A stretch of DNA of 32,000 bases from assembly GCA_038823825.1 (NCBI GenBank), contig JAWBCC010000004.1, positions 30,001 through 62,000 on the forward strand, in the 5' to 3' direction. Each line of letters begins with the position of its first letter. Within the stretch, counting starts at the first letter, position 1. Below the pieces are notes generated by a model. That model was given only the letters and a program-made list of their open reading frames with translations, did no database searches and was not told the origin of the DNA. This stretch comes from Candidatus Hadarchaeales archaeon. Its GTDB lineage: Archaea; Hadarchaeota; Hadarchaeia; Hadarchaeales; Hadarchaeaceae. The position numbers were made by a program, and so were the translations under genes. Below are positions 9,570 through 18,609 of the stretch, one piece after another.

Positions 9570-11112
9570 TTTTACCCCCCAGTATTTTTGTTAAAACCTT
9601 ACTTATATCTGGCAGACTTTTGCCGGCTAGTCTGGCGGCTTTTTTAGCGATCACCGGTAGATACTTCTCGAAAATCATTGCCTTTTCCCTTCTTTCTTTC
9701 AATCTTATCTTTCTGTTCAGGAAAGCCCTCAGTTCTCTTGCTGCATCCATTATGGCGCTCCTGATTTCTGCAACTATTTCGGGCTCATCGGCAATTGACT
9801 GTTTGCCCGCTGAAGTATACGGAACATAAACTGAAGAGATATTTACAAAAAGCGTAATCGGCGCGTTGGCCGGATCCACGCCATATCTTCTCCAATCTAT
9901 CGAATTCACTGCTGTCATGATCGCACAGCCTCCTTGGTCGAATATCAGTGGGGCCCTGTTTGCGAATCTGATTACTTCTATACCGGTTTCTCCCTCACCC
10001 TCCTCCGTCCGCTTACCAGCGCTTCCACCGTAAGCTATCCCAACCTCGACTTGGAAAGGTATTCCTCCACGATAGACTTTCGGTGGTCTTTGAACCACAT
10101 GAACAAATTCTGGATTATAGATCTGCTTGAGACCGCTTTCTATATTCTGTGCACCAATCGGTCTCAGACCTTGCGATGAAGGCGCCTGTATCTTCACCTC
10201 TTTGAAAGCCTTTACGATTCTCTCGGCTTCTTCCCATGTTAGTTCTTTTGGATTTTTGTTCTCGGGCACTCCTGCCATTCTGCAGACTTCTCTGGCTTTT
10301 TCTCTGCTGACCTTCTCAAGTTCGCTCGACAGGAAAGAACCGATGCTTTTTGCGGATGTGCGCTTGGCCAGAGAAAGGAGATCATCTGGGAGAAGACCTA
10401 AGGGATGCGGTAGAACCGGTTCGGGCGGCTTCGGAACTTCTTCGACAGCATTTTCAAAAACCGTGAGATTCCCGTCCGGCTCCACGAGCGTTATGTGCAC
10501 GTGAGGGTTGGCGACAGCCGTCATTCGTAGGTAATTGAACGGACCATATCTTGATCGAATATAAACAATGTCCTTGAGCTCGAGCTCTACCCTAGTCCCG
10601 CGCCACTTTCCCTTAAGTTTCCTGAGTTTCACTATTTTTCCTTCATTTCTTTCAACGTCGATCATAACGTGTGCTTCAACGATTTCCCCCTTGCCGGTCG
10701 AGGTGATTACTTTTACAGGCTTTCCCGTAGTCATCTGCGAGAACATGACGGCGCCTGAGATTCCGATGCCCTGCTGCCCTCTCTGTTGCATAAACCTGTG
10801 AAGTTTCGTCCCCGCAAGCATCTTTCCAAAAACATGCGAAATAAAATTCTCTGGAATTCCGGTTGCATTGTCTTCAACGGTCACCCGCAAATGCTCCGGA
10901 TCCTCGCTCGCTTTTTCTATTATGACTTTTATCTTTGGAAGAATACCTGCCTCCTCGGCGGCGTCGATGGAGTTTGTAACGGCTTCGTGAATGACCGTTG
11001 TCAGAGATCTTATTTTTCCTGTATATCCGAGCATTGCTGCGTTCTTCCTAAAGAACTCGCTAACCGTGTGCTCCTTGAACTCCCTGAATATTTCCTCCGC
11101 GACTCTTACCAA
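9535..11112 (-). CDS. top6B: DNA topoisomerase VI subunit B
   Basis: GHKL ATPase motifs '[16 protein letters not shown]', 'VEDNATGI', '[24 protein letters not shown]'; '[18 protein letters not shown]'. Upstream of top6A with overlapping ends. Confidence 0.96.
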   Translation of the reverse strand: MVRVAEEIFREFKEHTVSEFFRKNAAMLGYTGKIRSLTTVIHEAVTNSIDAAEEAGILPKIKVIIEKASEDPEHLRVTVEDNATGIPENFISHVFGKMLAGTKLHRFMQQRGQQGIGISGAVMFSQMTTGKPVKVITSTGKGEIVEAHVMIDVERNEGKIVKLRKLKGKWRGTRVELELKDIVYIRSRYGPFNYLRMTAVANPHVHITLVEPDGNLTVFENAVEEVPKPPEPVLPHPLGLLPDDLLSLAKRTSAKSIGSFLSSELEKVSREKAREVCRMAGVPENKNPKELTWEEAERIVKAFKEVKIQAPSSQGLRPIGAQNIESGLKQIYNPEFVHVVQRPPKVYRGGIPFQVEVGIAYGGSAGKRTEEGEGETGIEVIRFANRAPLIFDQGGCAIMTAVNSIDWRRYGVDPANAPITLFVNISSVYVPYTSAGKQSIADEPEIVAEIRSAIMDAARELRAFLNRKIRLKERREKAMIFEKYLPVIAKKAARLAGKSLPDISKVLTKILGGKNVKTGEEEKGS

Positions 11113-11115
11113 ACC

Positions 11116-11679
11116 CTACTCCCTCCCAACTCCCATTCTTGGAAATATCACATTCTTCTTTTTTGCTTTCTCTCTTTCTAAAAATCTATAAACTGATGAA
11201 TGTTCGGAGCCGGAGAGCAACATCTGTATGGCCGTCCTAGCTGTTCTTATCTGCTCGGGATCGCCGATTATAGAAACTGTTTTTCCGAAAACTGAAACAT
11301 ATGCTCCAGTCATTTGTTCTATGGTCCTCCTCATTTTTCCGCTTTCTCCGATCACCCTGCCGCGCATTCTCTGCATAGCCTTTTCCGAATCCCCAACAAA
11401 ATCTTTTATCTCTATGATGTCTAAATATTGATCCTCTTCAAAAAGTCTGAAAGCTCTCTCCGGACTGAAACCTCTCCCTATAGCCTTGACTACTTCAAGA
11501 GCTTGTAACCCTCCTAAAGGATTTTCCGCGACCTCGATCGTTACCTCGCCGGTTTCGCTATCTATCAGCAATCTCGTGCCTGTTCGACTTTCTATTTCTC
11601 TCTTTATACGTCCATCTTGGCCTATCAGAACCCCGATTCTTTCTTTGGGTATGCGGACAAACAATTCCGTCTTCTCCAT
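11116..11679 (-). CDS. KH-domain RNA-binding protein (archaeal Krr1/Dim2-like)
   Basis: Start moved from 11928 to ATG at 11679 (MEKTELFVRIPKERIGVLIGQDGRIKREIESRTG...); KH motifs 'RIGVLIGQDGRIKREIE' and 'RMRGRVIGESGKMRRTIEQMTGAYVSVFG'. Confidence 0.88.
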   Translation of the reverse strand: MEKTELFVRIPKERIGVLIGQDGRIKREIESRTGTRLLIDSETGEVTIEVAENPLGGLQALEVVKAIGRGFSPERAFRLFEEDQYLDIIEIKDFVGDSEKAMQRMRGRVIGESGKMRRTIEQMTGAYVSVFGKTVSIIGDPEQIRTARTAIQMLLSGSEHSSVYRFLEREKAKKKNVIFPRMGVGRE

Positions 11680-11749
11680 CAAAACCCAATCCCAAACCAC
11701 GGATATATGCTTTCGGTTTTTAATCCTCTTCTTCTCAAAAAAATCACCG

Positions 11750-11977
11750 ATGTTAGTGCCTATTTTAGTTGCTCTTGCAGCCGTTTGGTATCTGATGATT
11801 TGGATTTTGATAAAAAAGCTGATCCCGAAAATCGACAGACCAAATCTCAAACAAGTAGTAAAAATGGTAGAACGCGACCTGTTGAGAGAAATAGAAAGAA
11901 GAACTAGGAGAAAGAAAAAATACACCAAAGAATGGGCAGAAGCGAAAAGGAGGCTTGAAGAGATTGGGGATTTATGA
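11750..11977 (+). CDS. Small single-pass membrane protein, first gene of putative pilus/secretion operon
   Basis: Internal ATG at 11750 of a longer ORF: MLVPILVALAAVWYLMIWILIKKLIPKIDRPNLKQVVKMVERDLLREIERRTRRKKKYTKEWAEAKRRLEEIGDL; hydrophobic N-terminus then basic tail. Overlaps next gene. Confidence 0.5.
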   Translation: MLVPILVALAAVWYLMIWILIKKLIPKIDRPNLKQVVKMVERDLLREIERRTRRKKKYTKEWAEAKRRLEEIGDL

Positions 11978-12509
11978 TGAATTTTTGAGAAGGATAGATA
12001 AGATCTTGGAAGTCGAAGAGGAAAAAATCGAGAAAGTCTTGGATCTTTGGATAAATTTGAAGGAATTTCTTTTGATAATCAGGTCGAGCTGTTCTGAACC
12101 AAAGTTGAAGAAAGTCATTGAAGAAGTCTTTACCTCTGGAAGTCGCTTTGAAATATCTGCCGCGGCTTGCTCTGAGCCATTGAAGGATGAATGGCAAAGC
12201 ATTGCCAAAATAGATTTGAGGAGATTACGTGAAAACCTTTTAGCCCTCCGAAAAATCTTTGAAAAGAAAAGAGAAAAGCTGGAGGAAGTTCTGCTTGAAG
12301 CTTTCGCCAAAGCCAAACTTGGAATTTCTCCGACCGTAGTGATTGACGACCTTATAGAGAGCGGACTCCTATCGAAGAGCACGGCGTCCTATCTCAGACT
12401 TGAAAGCAGAGAGATCGAGAAGTGGAAAAACCCTGACGAAATCAGAAGAATCGCGGGACTACTTTTTCAAATCAGGAGGCTCCGCGATGCTGAAGAACGA
12501 AACTCATAA
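11955..12509 (+). CDS. Conserved-context hypothetical protein, helical/charged
   Basis: 184 aa ORF (TTG start proposed), tightly packed between neighbours; no recognised family. Confidence 0.6.
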   Translation: MKRLGIYDEFLRRIDKILEVEEEKIEKVLDLWINLKEFLLIIRSSCSEPKLKKVIEEVFTSGSRFEISAAACSEPLKDEWQSIAKIDLRRLRENLLALRKIFEKKREKLEEVLLEAFAKAKLGISPTVVIDDLIESGLLSKSTASYLRLESREIEKWKNPDEIRRIAGLLFQIRRLRDAEERNS

Positions 12510-12645
12510 AATTATGCTTGAAATGATCCGAGAAGTTTCGAGACTTCGTTCAGATGTGGATTTAATCTCGCGAAGATTGGAGTCTCTGGAGAGCAGAATT
12601 AAGGAAATTGAAAACATGATTCAGCTTTTAGGAGATAATCTATGA
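12487..12645 (+). CDS. Small coiled-coil protein (52 aa)
   Basis: ATG at 12487 gives MLKNETHKIMLEMIREVSRLRSDVDLISRRLESLESRIKEIENMIQLLGDNL; heptad-like, overlaps both neighbouring genes. Confidence 0.5.
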   Translation: MLKNETHKIMLEMIREVSRLRSDVDLISRRLESLESRIKEIENMIQLLGDNL

Positions 12646-14729
12646 AACATGAGATCATCAAATACGGCAACATCAGGGTTCTGCGGATGTTATGTCTCGA
12701 CTGCGGAATGGAAGGATTCTCGACAAGATGTATGCAGCACGTTCTAAATGCGCTGGCAGATTATCCGAATGTCGATGAAATAAAGCTCGAGGGGGTCTAC
12801 TGCAGAGAATATTGCGGAGATTCTTTAGAAGCCCTCAAGGAGCTCTCCAAGGTTCTCCACAAGGGCAAGATTTTTCTCCGAAGCTCTCTAACAGTGGAGA
12901 CTTGCAGAAAATGTGAAAGTGAAAGAAAGAGAAAGCTAGAAAGAATTCTGGAAAAACTTCCTGAAAAACCTAGTAGTGCTCTCATCGGTCTGAAAACTCT
13001 GCTTTCAGAAAATAGAAAAGGAAGCAGCCTGAAACCGTGTGGAGAGTGTAAAGATTTCTTTGTAGAGAATCTAAGGGCTCTCATATCCATTTTCGAAAAC
13101 TGCAAAGTTGTAAAAATGGGAACAGCTATCCTAGAACCCCGGCTGAGACCGCCGTTCTCTTCGATGAGAGTGGAGACAAAAGTTTCTCCAGAATTTCATC
13201 TCGTTCAGACATATGAAGTTGAAGATTGCGAGATAAAAATTTTCTGGAACCAAAACAAACTTCAGTATCTGTACTTTGTACTTCCTACGGAATACAGATT
13301 TGACGCGACAGAAATTGAAGTTTTGTCATTAGCTAGGAAAAAACTAGCAGAATCTTTTCCATGTTCCCCTTTCGATGTCACACAAATGAGAGAAACCGTC
13401 AAACGAAAAACGGAAGAAATTTTGGCAGAAATCGGCAACTGTCGTGACCATGAAAAAATCGCAGCTTGTCTGACGAGAATGACAGCAGGCTTTGGGATGC
13501 TTGATATACTTCTCGCCGACCCCCATGTGCAAGATATCTATGTCGATTCGCCAACTAATGAAAATCCAGTTTATCTAATTCACTCCGATTTTGGCGAGTG
13601 TGTGACCAACATGTATCTAACACATTCTGGGATGGGATGGTTGATTTCAAAGTTCAGACTTCTTAGCGGAAGACCATTTTCGGAAGCTTTTCCGGTTCTA
13701 GATCTCGATCTGAGTGGGAGCAGGTGTACAGTCGTTGGTCCGCCGCTCAGCCCAAGTGGAGTGTCCTTTGCCATAAGAAGGCACAGACCAGAACCATGGA
13801 CACTTCCACAATTCGTGGCAAAGGGTTTTTTGAGCGAGGAAGCAGCCGGTTTGCTCAGTCTTTTGGTCGATGCTCAGACAGCAATGTTAATAACAGGCCA
13901 TCGTGGAGCAGGCAAAACATCTCTTTTGTCCTCCCTCATGCTTGAGGTGCCTCCCAACGTTAGGATGATAACTATCGAAGATACAAGGGAACTTCCAGTA
14001 GAAAAGCTGCGAAGGTTTGGATTTAAAATACTCTCTCTTGTGATTCAGCCAGTAGTTGGGGGAACTGAAACCGAGCTGCGGGCAGAAGATGCTTTGAAAG
14101 CTGCCTTGAGGCTCGGAGAATCCGTGCTCATCATTGGAGAAGTCAGAGGCTCCGAAGCAAAAGTCCTTTACGAAGCAATGAGGGTAGGGACAGCTGGAAA
14201 TGCGGTGATGGGGACAATACACGGCTCCTCCGCCAAAGATGTGTTTGACAGAGTGGTTTTCGATTTGGAGATTCCAGAAAGTTCCTTCAAAGTCACCGAC
14301 GTGATCGTCGTGGTTTCGGCTGTAAGAGAGGGCGGAAGGATGACGAGAAGCAGAAAATTGACAGAAATCGTGGAGGTTGAAAAAGAGGAGAGCCGGGAGA
14401 CGTGCTTTAGAAGGCTTCTATCATATCTTCCCGAGAAGGGAAAATTTCAGATCGAGCTGCACAAGTCAGAACTTCTCAAGAAAATTGCTCTTAGATGGGG
14501 AATCAGCAGAAATCGTTTGTTCGAAATGCTTAATTACAAAACGGCAATGCAACGCGAGCTTGTTAGCCTAGCGTCTCGGGAACCACAAATTTTGGAGGCT
14601 GAATTTGTCGTGCGTGCGAATCTCAAATGGAGAGAGATACTTGAAATCGAAAAGAGTAGACCATGTAAAATCTTCAAAAGGTGGAAAGATTGGCTGGAGA
14701 AAGAAGTAAAACGCCGCCCGATGAAGTAA
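12642..14729 (+). CDS. Type II/IV secretion system ATPase (TadA/VirB11/GspE-like) with Cys-rich N-terminal domain
   Basis: Walker A 'ITGHRGAGKTSLLSSLMLEVPPNVRMITIEDTREL', Walker B 'ESVLIIGEVRGSEAKVLYEAMRVGTAGNAVMGTIHGSSAKDVFDRV'; N-terminal CLDCG, CREYC, CRKC, CGEC. Confidence 0.92.
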   Translation: MKHEIIKYGNIRVLRMLCLDCGMEGFSTRCMQHVLNALADYPNVDEIKLEGVYCREYCGDSLEALKELSKVLHKGKIFLRSSLTVETCRKCESERKRKLERILEKLPEKPSSALIGLKTLLSENRKGSSLKPCGECKDFFVENLRALISIFENCKVVKMGTAILEPRLRPPFSSMRVETKVSPEFHLVQTYEVEDCEIKIFWNQNKLQYLYFVLPTEYRFDATEIEVLSLARKKLAESFPCSPFDVTQMRETVKRKTEEILAEIGNCRDHEKIAACLTRMTAGFGMLDILLADPHVQDIYVDSPTNENPVYLIHSDFGECVTNMYLTHSGMGWLISKFRLLSGRPFSEAFPVLDLDLSGSRCTVVGPPLSPSGVSFAIRRHRPEPWTLPQFVAKGFLSEEAAGLLSLLVDAQTAMLITGHRGAGKTSLLSSLMLEVPPNVRMITIEDTRELPVEKLRRFGFKILSLVIQPVVGGTETELRAEDALKAALRLGESVLIIGEVRGSEAKVLYEAMRVGTAGNAVMGTIHGSSAKDVFDRVVFDLEIPESSFKVTDVIVVVSAVREGGRMTRSRKLTEIVEVEKEESRETCFRRLLSYLPEKGKFQIELHKSELLKKIALRWGISRNRLFEMLNYKTAMQRELVSLASREPQILEAEFVVRANLKWREILEIEKSRPCKIFKRWKDWLEKEVKRRPMK

Positions 14730-16129
14730 ACATTCTAGAGTTTTGTGGAGATCTCGTCTTTGCGCTCGAACATGACCCCAACATAGAACATGCGATTGCT
14801 TTCGCGTCCAAACATCTTGACAGTGATAGTCGCCTTTGGATCGAAAAACATTTAGCTGAGGACGTTTTCACGGAGAGAAGCCTAAGTTTGAATTTTATTG
14901 GCAAACTGAGAAGGAAAGAACTAGTAAGTGTTTTTCAGTTGCTTGAAAGAGCGGCGAATAAACGAGGTCTGGATGAGAGAAAGATTCTCCTTGACAGGGC
15001 GCTAGAAAACCTGCTTTCTTCTATCAGAAAGGAAATAAACTCGTTTTACGAAAAAGTTAAGCTACCAAATCTGATAATCTTTGGAATCGGTATTTTGGTT
15101 CCGCTAGCACTTGTGCTTCTATTTCCAACTTTTTCCTTTTTAGGTGGTCGATTTACTCTTCTTCAAGCGGGGGTCGTCTACTGCGTAGTACTTCCGGCCT
15201 TCGTGTTTTTTATTACAAACAAAATTGATCAAGAAAGACCACGTTGTATAGCTCCACCACCAGTTCCACTAAAATTTAACCCAGCTTATGTTTCTATCCC
15301 GATCTTTTCATGTATCTTGGTGGTCATTCCGATTTTCCAATTGGGAGATTCGGCTTGGCTCCCTGCGATATGGATTTTAGTGTTTTCCACCTCGCTCTTA
15401 CTCCTAATCGTTGGAATTGGACCTTTCAAGTTGCGCATAAAAGTTGAGCAGGTAGAAGAGGAATTCCCGGATTTTTTACTCGAGATGGGAATGTCGATTG
15501 AAGAGGGAAAACCGCTCGAAAAAGCAATAGCGGATTATGAGAAGAAAAATAAAACTCCTTTAACCTCCGTTTTGAGAAAAATCGAGCGGAATATTCAATT
15601 CGAAGGCACAGGTATCATAGACACAGTAATGTCAGAAGATTTTAAAAGAGAAATACCATCACGAACCGTACACAGCGGTATGATTTTACTCGTCTCCGCG
15701 GCTGAAAAGGGAAGGCGCTCGGCTGCCGGCACAATTATCAGGATTTCTAACCATCTCAGAAAAATTCTCGAACTTAAAAAAGAAATAAAAGATAAAATGT
15801 CCGATATCCTTACAACAGCGCGTGCTCTTGCTATCTTCTTCGCCCCGATTTTGACAGCATTCACGGCTAGAACATACGAGGTCATCACGTCCAAACAGAA
15901 TGGTTTCTTTCAAGCCTCATTCTCGAAAATTTCACTTGCAACCGTTCTTTGCGTTTATACATTGATTCTTTCTGTTTTGCTTGTCGACTATAGTGTGAGA
16001 TTGGAGTATGGAAAAGATGCCCCTTTAAGATGTGTGAACATCGCGATAGCCATGCTGACGGCGTTGATTGTATTTACGGCAGGATGGATAGCTGGTGGTC
16101 TCTTCTTTGGTTTCCTTCTCGGTTATTAA
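14681..16129 (+). CDS. TadC/FlaJ-like (T2SF) membrane platform protein
   Basis: Multiple hydrophobic segments, 'EFPDFLLEMGMSIEEGKPLEKAI' and 'SGMILLVSAAEKGRRSAAGTIIRISNHL'; directly downstream of and overlapping the ATPase gene. Confidence 0.85.
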   Translation: MERLAGERSKTPPDEVNILEFCGDLVFALEHDPNIEHAIAFASKHLDSDSRLWIEKHLAEDVFTERSLSLNFIGKLRRKELVSVFQLLERAANKRGLDERKILLDRALENLLSSIRKEINSFYEKVKLPNLIIFGIGILVPLALVLLFPTFSFLGGRFTLLQAGVVYCVVLPAFVFFITNKIDQERPRCIAPPPVPLKFNPAYVSIPIFSCILVVIPIFQLGDSAWLPAIWILVFSTSLLLLIVGIGPFKLRIKVEQVEEEFPDFLLEMGMSIEEGKPLEKAIADYEKKNKTPLTSVLRKIERNIQFEGTGIIDTVMSEDFKREIPSRTVHSGMILLVSAAEKGRRSAAGTIIRISNHLRKILELKKEIKDKMSDILTTARALAIFFAPILTAFTARTYEVITSKQNGFFQASFSKISLATVLCVYTLILSVLLVDYSVRLEYGKDAPLRCVNIAIAMLTALIVFTAGWIAGGLFFGFLLGY

Positions 16130-16151
16130 ACACCAGAGAGAGATGTTACTG

Positions 16152-16472
16152 ATGAGCAGATACACATTTGTATACATAACTGCGCCGAATGTCAAAGAAG
16201 CCGAAAAAATCGGAAAGATCCTAGTTGAAGAAAAACTCGCTGCCTGCGTAAACATCTTTCCGATCAGGTCGATTTATAGGTGGAAAGGAAAAATCGAGAA
16301 AGCCAGAGAAGTCGTATTGATAGCTAAAACCAAGAAAACCTTGTTTAGCAAATTGACAAAACGAGTTGCCGAAATTCATCCATATGAAATACCGTGTATA
16401 GTAGGATTTGATATAAAGCAAGGAAACGAGGAATTTCTGGAGTGGATAGATGGAGAAACAGAAGATAAGTGA
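16152..16472 (+). CDS. cutA: Divalent-ion tolerance protein CutA
   Basis: 'YITAPNVKEAEKIGKILVEEKLAACVNIFP-IRSIYRWKGKIEKAREVVLIAKT...HPYEIPCIVGFDIKQGNEEFLEWI' CutA signature; start refined from 16095 to ATG 16152. Confidence 0.93.
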   Translation: MSRYTFVYITAPNVKEAEKIGKILVEEKLAACVNIFPIRSIYRWKGKIEKAREVVLIAKTKKTLFSKLTKRVAEIHPYEIPCIVGFDIKQGNEEFLEWIDGETEDK

Positions 16473-16683
16473 AAACACGCCTCTAACAGAGGTTTTAAAA
16501 ATTCCTGGTGCCACGGAAGTCCTGCTCAGAAATAACTTTCCGTGCATCATGTGCCCGCTCGCCTTTTTTGAAATTGGCACAATGAAACTGGGGGATGTTA
16601 TCAAGGCGTATAACCTGGATGCAGAAAAAATAATAAAAGAGCTGAATCAGCTCATCGAGCAGGAGGAAAAGAAACAGGAGTAA
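16450..16683 (+). CDS. DUF1858-like (hybrid-cluster-associated, CxxC) small protein
   Basis: 'TPLTEVLKIPGATEVLLRNNFPCIMCPLAFFEIGTMKLGDVIKAYNLDAEKIIKELNQ'. Confidence 0.75.
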   Translation: MEKQKISENTPLTEVLKIPGATEVLLRNNFPCIMCPLAFFEIGTMKLGDVIKAYNLDAEKIIKELNQLIEQEEKKQE

Positions 16684-16748
16684 TGTGGAGATTTCGCCGT
16701 TTCCGAAACCTTATATTTCCCATATAATACTCTATTTTTGGTGGGGCA

Positions 16749-17435
16749 CTGAAAAGGAAACTTTTAAACCAGCCAAAAGCTGCCTCAACAAAACGTCTAA
16801 CAGAACAGGAATCTTTAAAAATAATTGAAGAGGCAGGCATTCCATTTGCTCGCACAATTGTCTGTCGAAGTTTGGAAGAGGTTTTGCAGGCGGCTAGAAC
16901 CATCAGATATCCTGTAGTTCTCAAGTTGATGTCCTCCGACCTGAAGGAGCGGGGACTCTCCGGTGTAAGGTTAGGGATAAGTTCGGAGACAGAGTTGAGA
17001 AGAGCATTCAACGAGCTGGAAAAAATCGTCTCCGCGGCAGGATGGAAACTCGAAGGGTGGGTGGTCCAAGAATATATAGCCGGTGGGGAAGAGGTTAGAA
17101 TCAAAGCATTTCGAGATGATGAACTTGGTCCCTCTATAGTTTTCGAACCGATTAGTTTCTGGATGAAGATTTTCGGAGATCGAAGCTTTAGATTGGCCCC
17201 ACTGGACAGGGATGAGGCCAAAGAGATGATAAAGGAAACGTATGGATATTATATGCTTGTTGGAGAAGACGGTTCACTGCCCGTGGATTTCGACGCACTG
17301 ATAGAGACAATGTGCAAAATGAGCGATCTTATCTGCAAACTCGGGCGCGTCGTGGAAATACATCTCCATCCATTAAAGGTTCTTGAAAGAGGTGTGAAGG
17401 CAGTAGACGTTAAAGTTGTTTTAGAGGTGAAATAA
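16749..17435 (+). CDS. Divergent ATP-grasp protein related to the beta subunit of ADP-forming acyl-CoA synthetase; start codon uncertain
   Basis: 'LTEQESLKIIEEAGIPFARTIV...RYPVVLKLMSSDLKERGLSGVRLGI...VVQEYIAGGEEVRIKAFRDDELGP...VEIHLHPLKVLERGVKAVDVKVVL' aligns with the beta half of the 4459-6582 protein. ORF track TTG at 16872 is internal; no ATG/GTG/TTG upstream in frame after TAA at 16725; CTG at 16749 is one candidate. Confidence 0.75.
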   Translation: MKRKLLNQPKAASTKRLTEQESLKIIEEAGIPFARTIVCRSLEEVLQAARTIRYPVVLKLMSSDLKERGLSGVRLGISSETELRRAFNELEKIVSAAGWKLEGWVVQEYIAGGEEVRIKAFRDDELGPSIVFEPISFWMKIFGDRSFRLAPLDRDEAKEMIKETYGYYMLVGEDGSLPVDFDALIETMCKMSDLICKLGRVVEIHLHPLKVLERGVKAVDVKVVLEVK

Positions 17436-17436
17436 T

Positions 17437-18609
17437 ATGTCTCTTGATGTCCTCCTGCGACCAGAAAAGATCGCAATCGTTGGAGATGCGAGGGAGAAGA
17501 CAACATATAAAATGTTTATCAAAATCGTAGAGCGAACAACGGGCTTTCCGAAGGTTAAAATTGTAGACCTCGGAGGCGAGATTAATGGCGCCGAGAAGTC
17601 TGTAAGATATCTGTGGCGCGATATTGATATCTGCGTCGTCGTTCTCGGAGGTAAAAGTCTAGGAAAACACTTGCAAGAGATTTTTAAGAGATGCAAACTT
17701 GTAGTTCTCCTCAGCGATATTTCAGAGCAAATTCTAGAAAATAGAGAGAAAATTTTGGGACCTAGATCCGCCGGCATTATAAATAACGATGTTGGCCTTC
17801 GAACATCAATCTCGGAAATCCCTCCAGCTGGTTCTGTCTCGCTAATATCACAGAAACAAGCCGTTACCGTAAGGATACTAAGAAAAATGAGTGCATATTC
17901 GGTGGGTGTGAGTAAGGTCATTTGCACTGGTGAAGGTCAAGGAATTCCGGAGATAGACATCCTAAAAGTTTTGGCATCAGATAAGTCAACCTCTACAATT
18001 TGCTTGAACATCTATCGAACGAAGAATTTACGAAATCTGCTGGATGAAATCGGCCATGTCTCCAGATCAAAGCCTGTTGTCTTTCACTTTTTGGGTAAGG
18101 ATGACTGGATGGTCGCCTCGGCTGTCAGACAAAGGGGAGGCATATACGTTCGAAATGTCAGAGAACTCGTATGTGGTGCAAAGATTTTGTCTGAAACTCC
18201 ACCACTACTTGGGGACAGGATATTCTTATTGGCTCGAGCTGTAGACCTTTGCTTGGATGCAGCGAAGCATCTTTCGGAATTCACAATTTGCGATGTCCCA
18301 GAAAAAATTTTGGTGAAAGCTGGACTTGAGAGGGGAAACACTGGGTGTTGCTTCAAGAACATCGATTTGCTTGTAAGATATATACCCGAGCTTGAAAAAG
18401 TTTCTGATGGCATCTTCTTAGTTCTTGAAGAAGATGAGGAAATTGAAAAATTGGAAGGAATACGAGTTAACAAAACGTTTGTAGTCATTTATCCAAGACG
18501 CATAAGCTCAGCCAGATTTCCGATTTTCGAAGATGTCGAGGATGCGGCTTTGGCAATGAAGATCTCGGCAGAAAGAGGCAAGTTCTTAAGAAAATCAAAA
18601 ATTTGTTAG
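17437..18609 (+). CDS. Divergent CoA-binding protein related to the alpha subunit of ADP-forming acyl-CoA synthetase
   Basis: 'LLRPEKIAIVGDAR...', 'GPRSAGIINNDVGLRTSISEIPPAGSVSLISQKQAVTVRILRKMSAYSVGVSKVICTGEGQGIPEIDILKVLASDKSTSTICLNI' parallels the CoA-synthetase alpha domain; lacks the SHTGS loop. Confidence 0.75.
   Translation: MSLDVLLRPEKIAIVGDAREKTTYKMFIKIVERTTGFPKVKIVDLGGEINGAEKSVRYLWRDIDICVVVLGGKSLGKHLQEIFKRCKLVVLLSDISEQILENREKILGPRSAGIINNDVGLRTSISEIPPAGSVSLISQKQAVTVRILRKMSAYSVGVSKVICTGEGQGIPEIDILKVLASDKSTSTICLNIYRTKNLRNLLDEIGHVSRSKPVVFHFLGKDDWMVASAVRQRGGIYVRNVRELVCGAKILSETPPLLGDRIFLLARAVDLCLDAAKHLSEFTICDVPEKILVKAGLERGNTGCCFKNIDLLVRYIPELEKVSDGIFLVLEEDEEIEKLEGIRVNKTFVVIYPRRISSARFPIFEDVEDAALAMKISAERGKFLRKSKIC

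Noticed and set aside
16095-16151. N-terminal extension of cutA in ORF track
   Set aside because: Overlaps the TadC-like gene and has no CutA homology; ATG at 16152 fits the family start.
16652-17221. 189-aa minus-strand ORF
   Set aside because: Antisense to the ATP-grasp protein, whose conserved motifs support the plus-strand reading.
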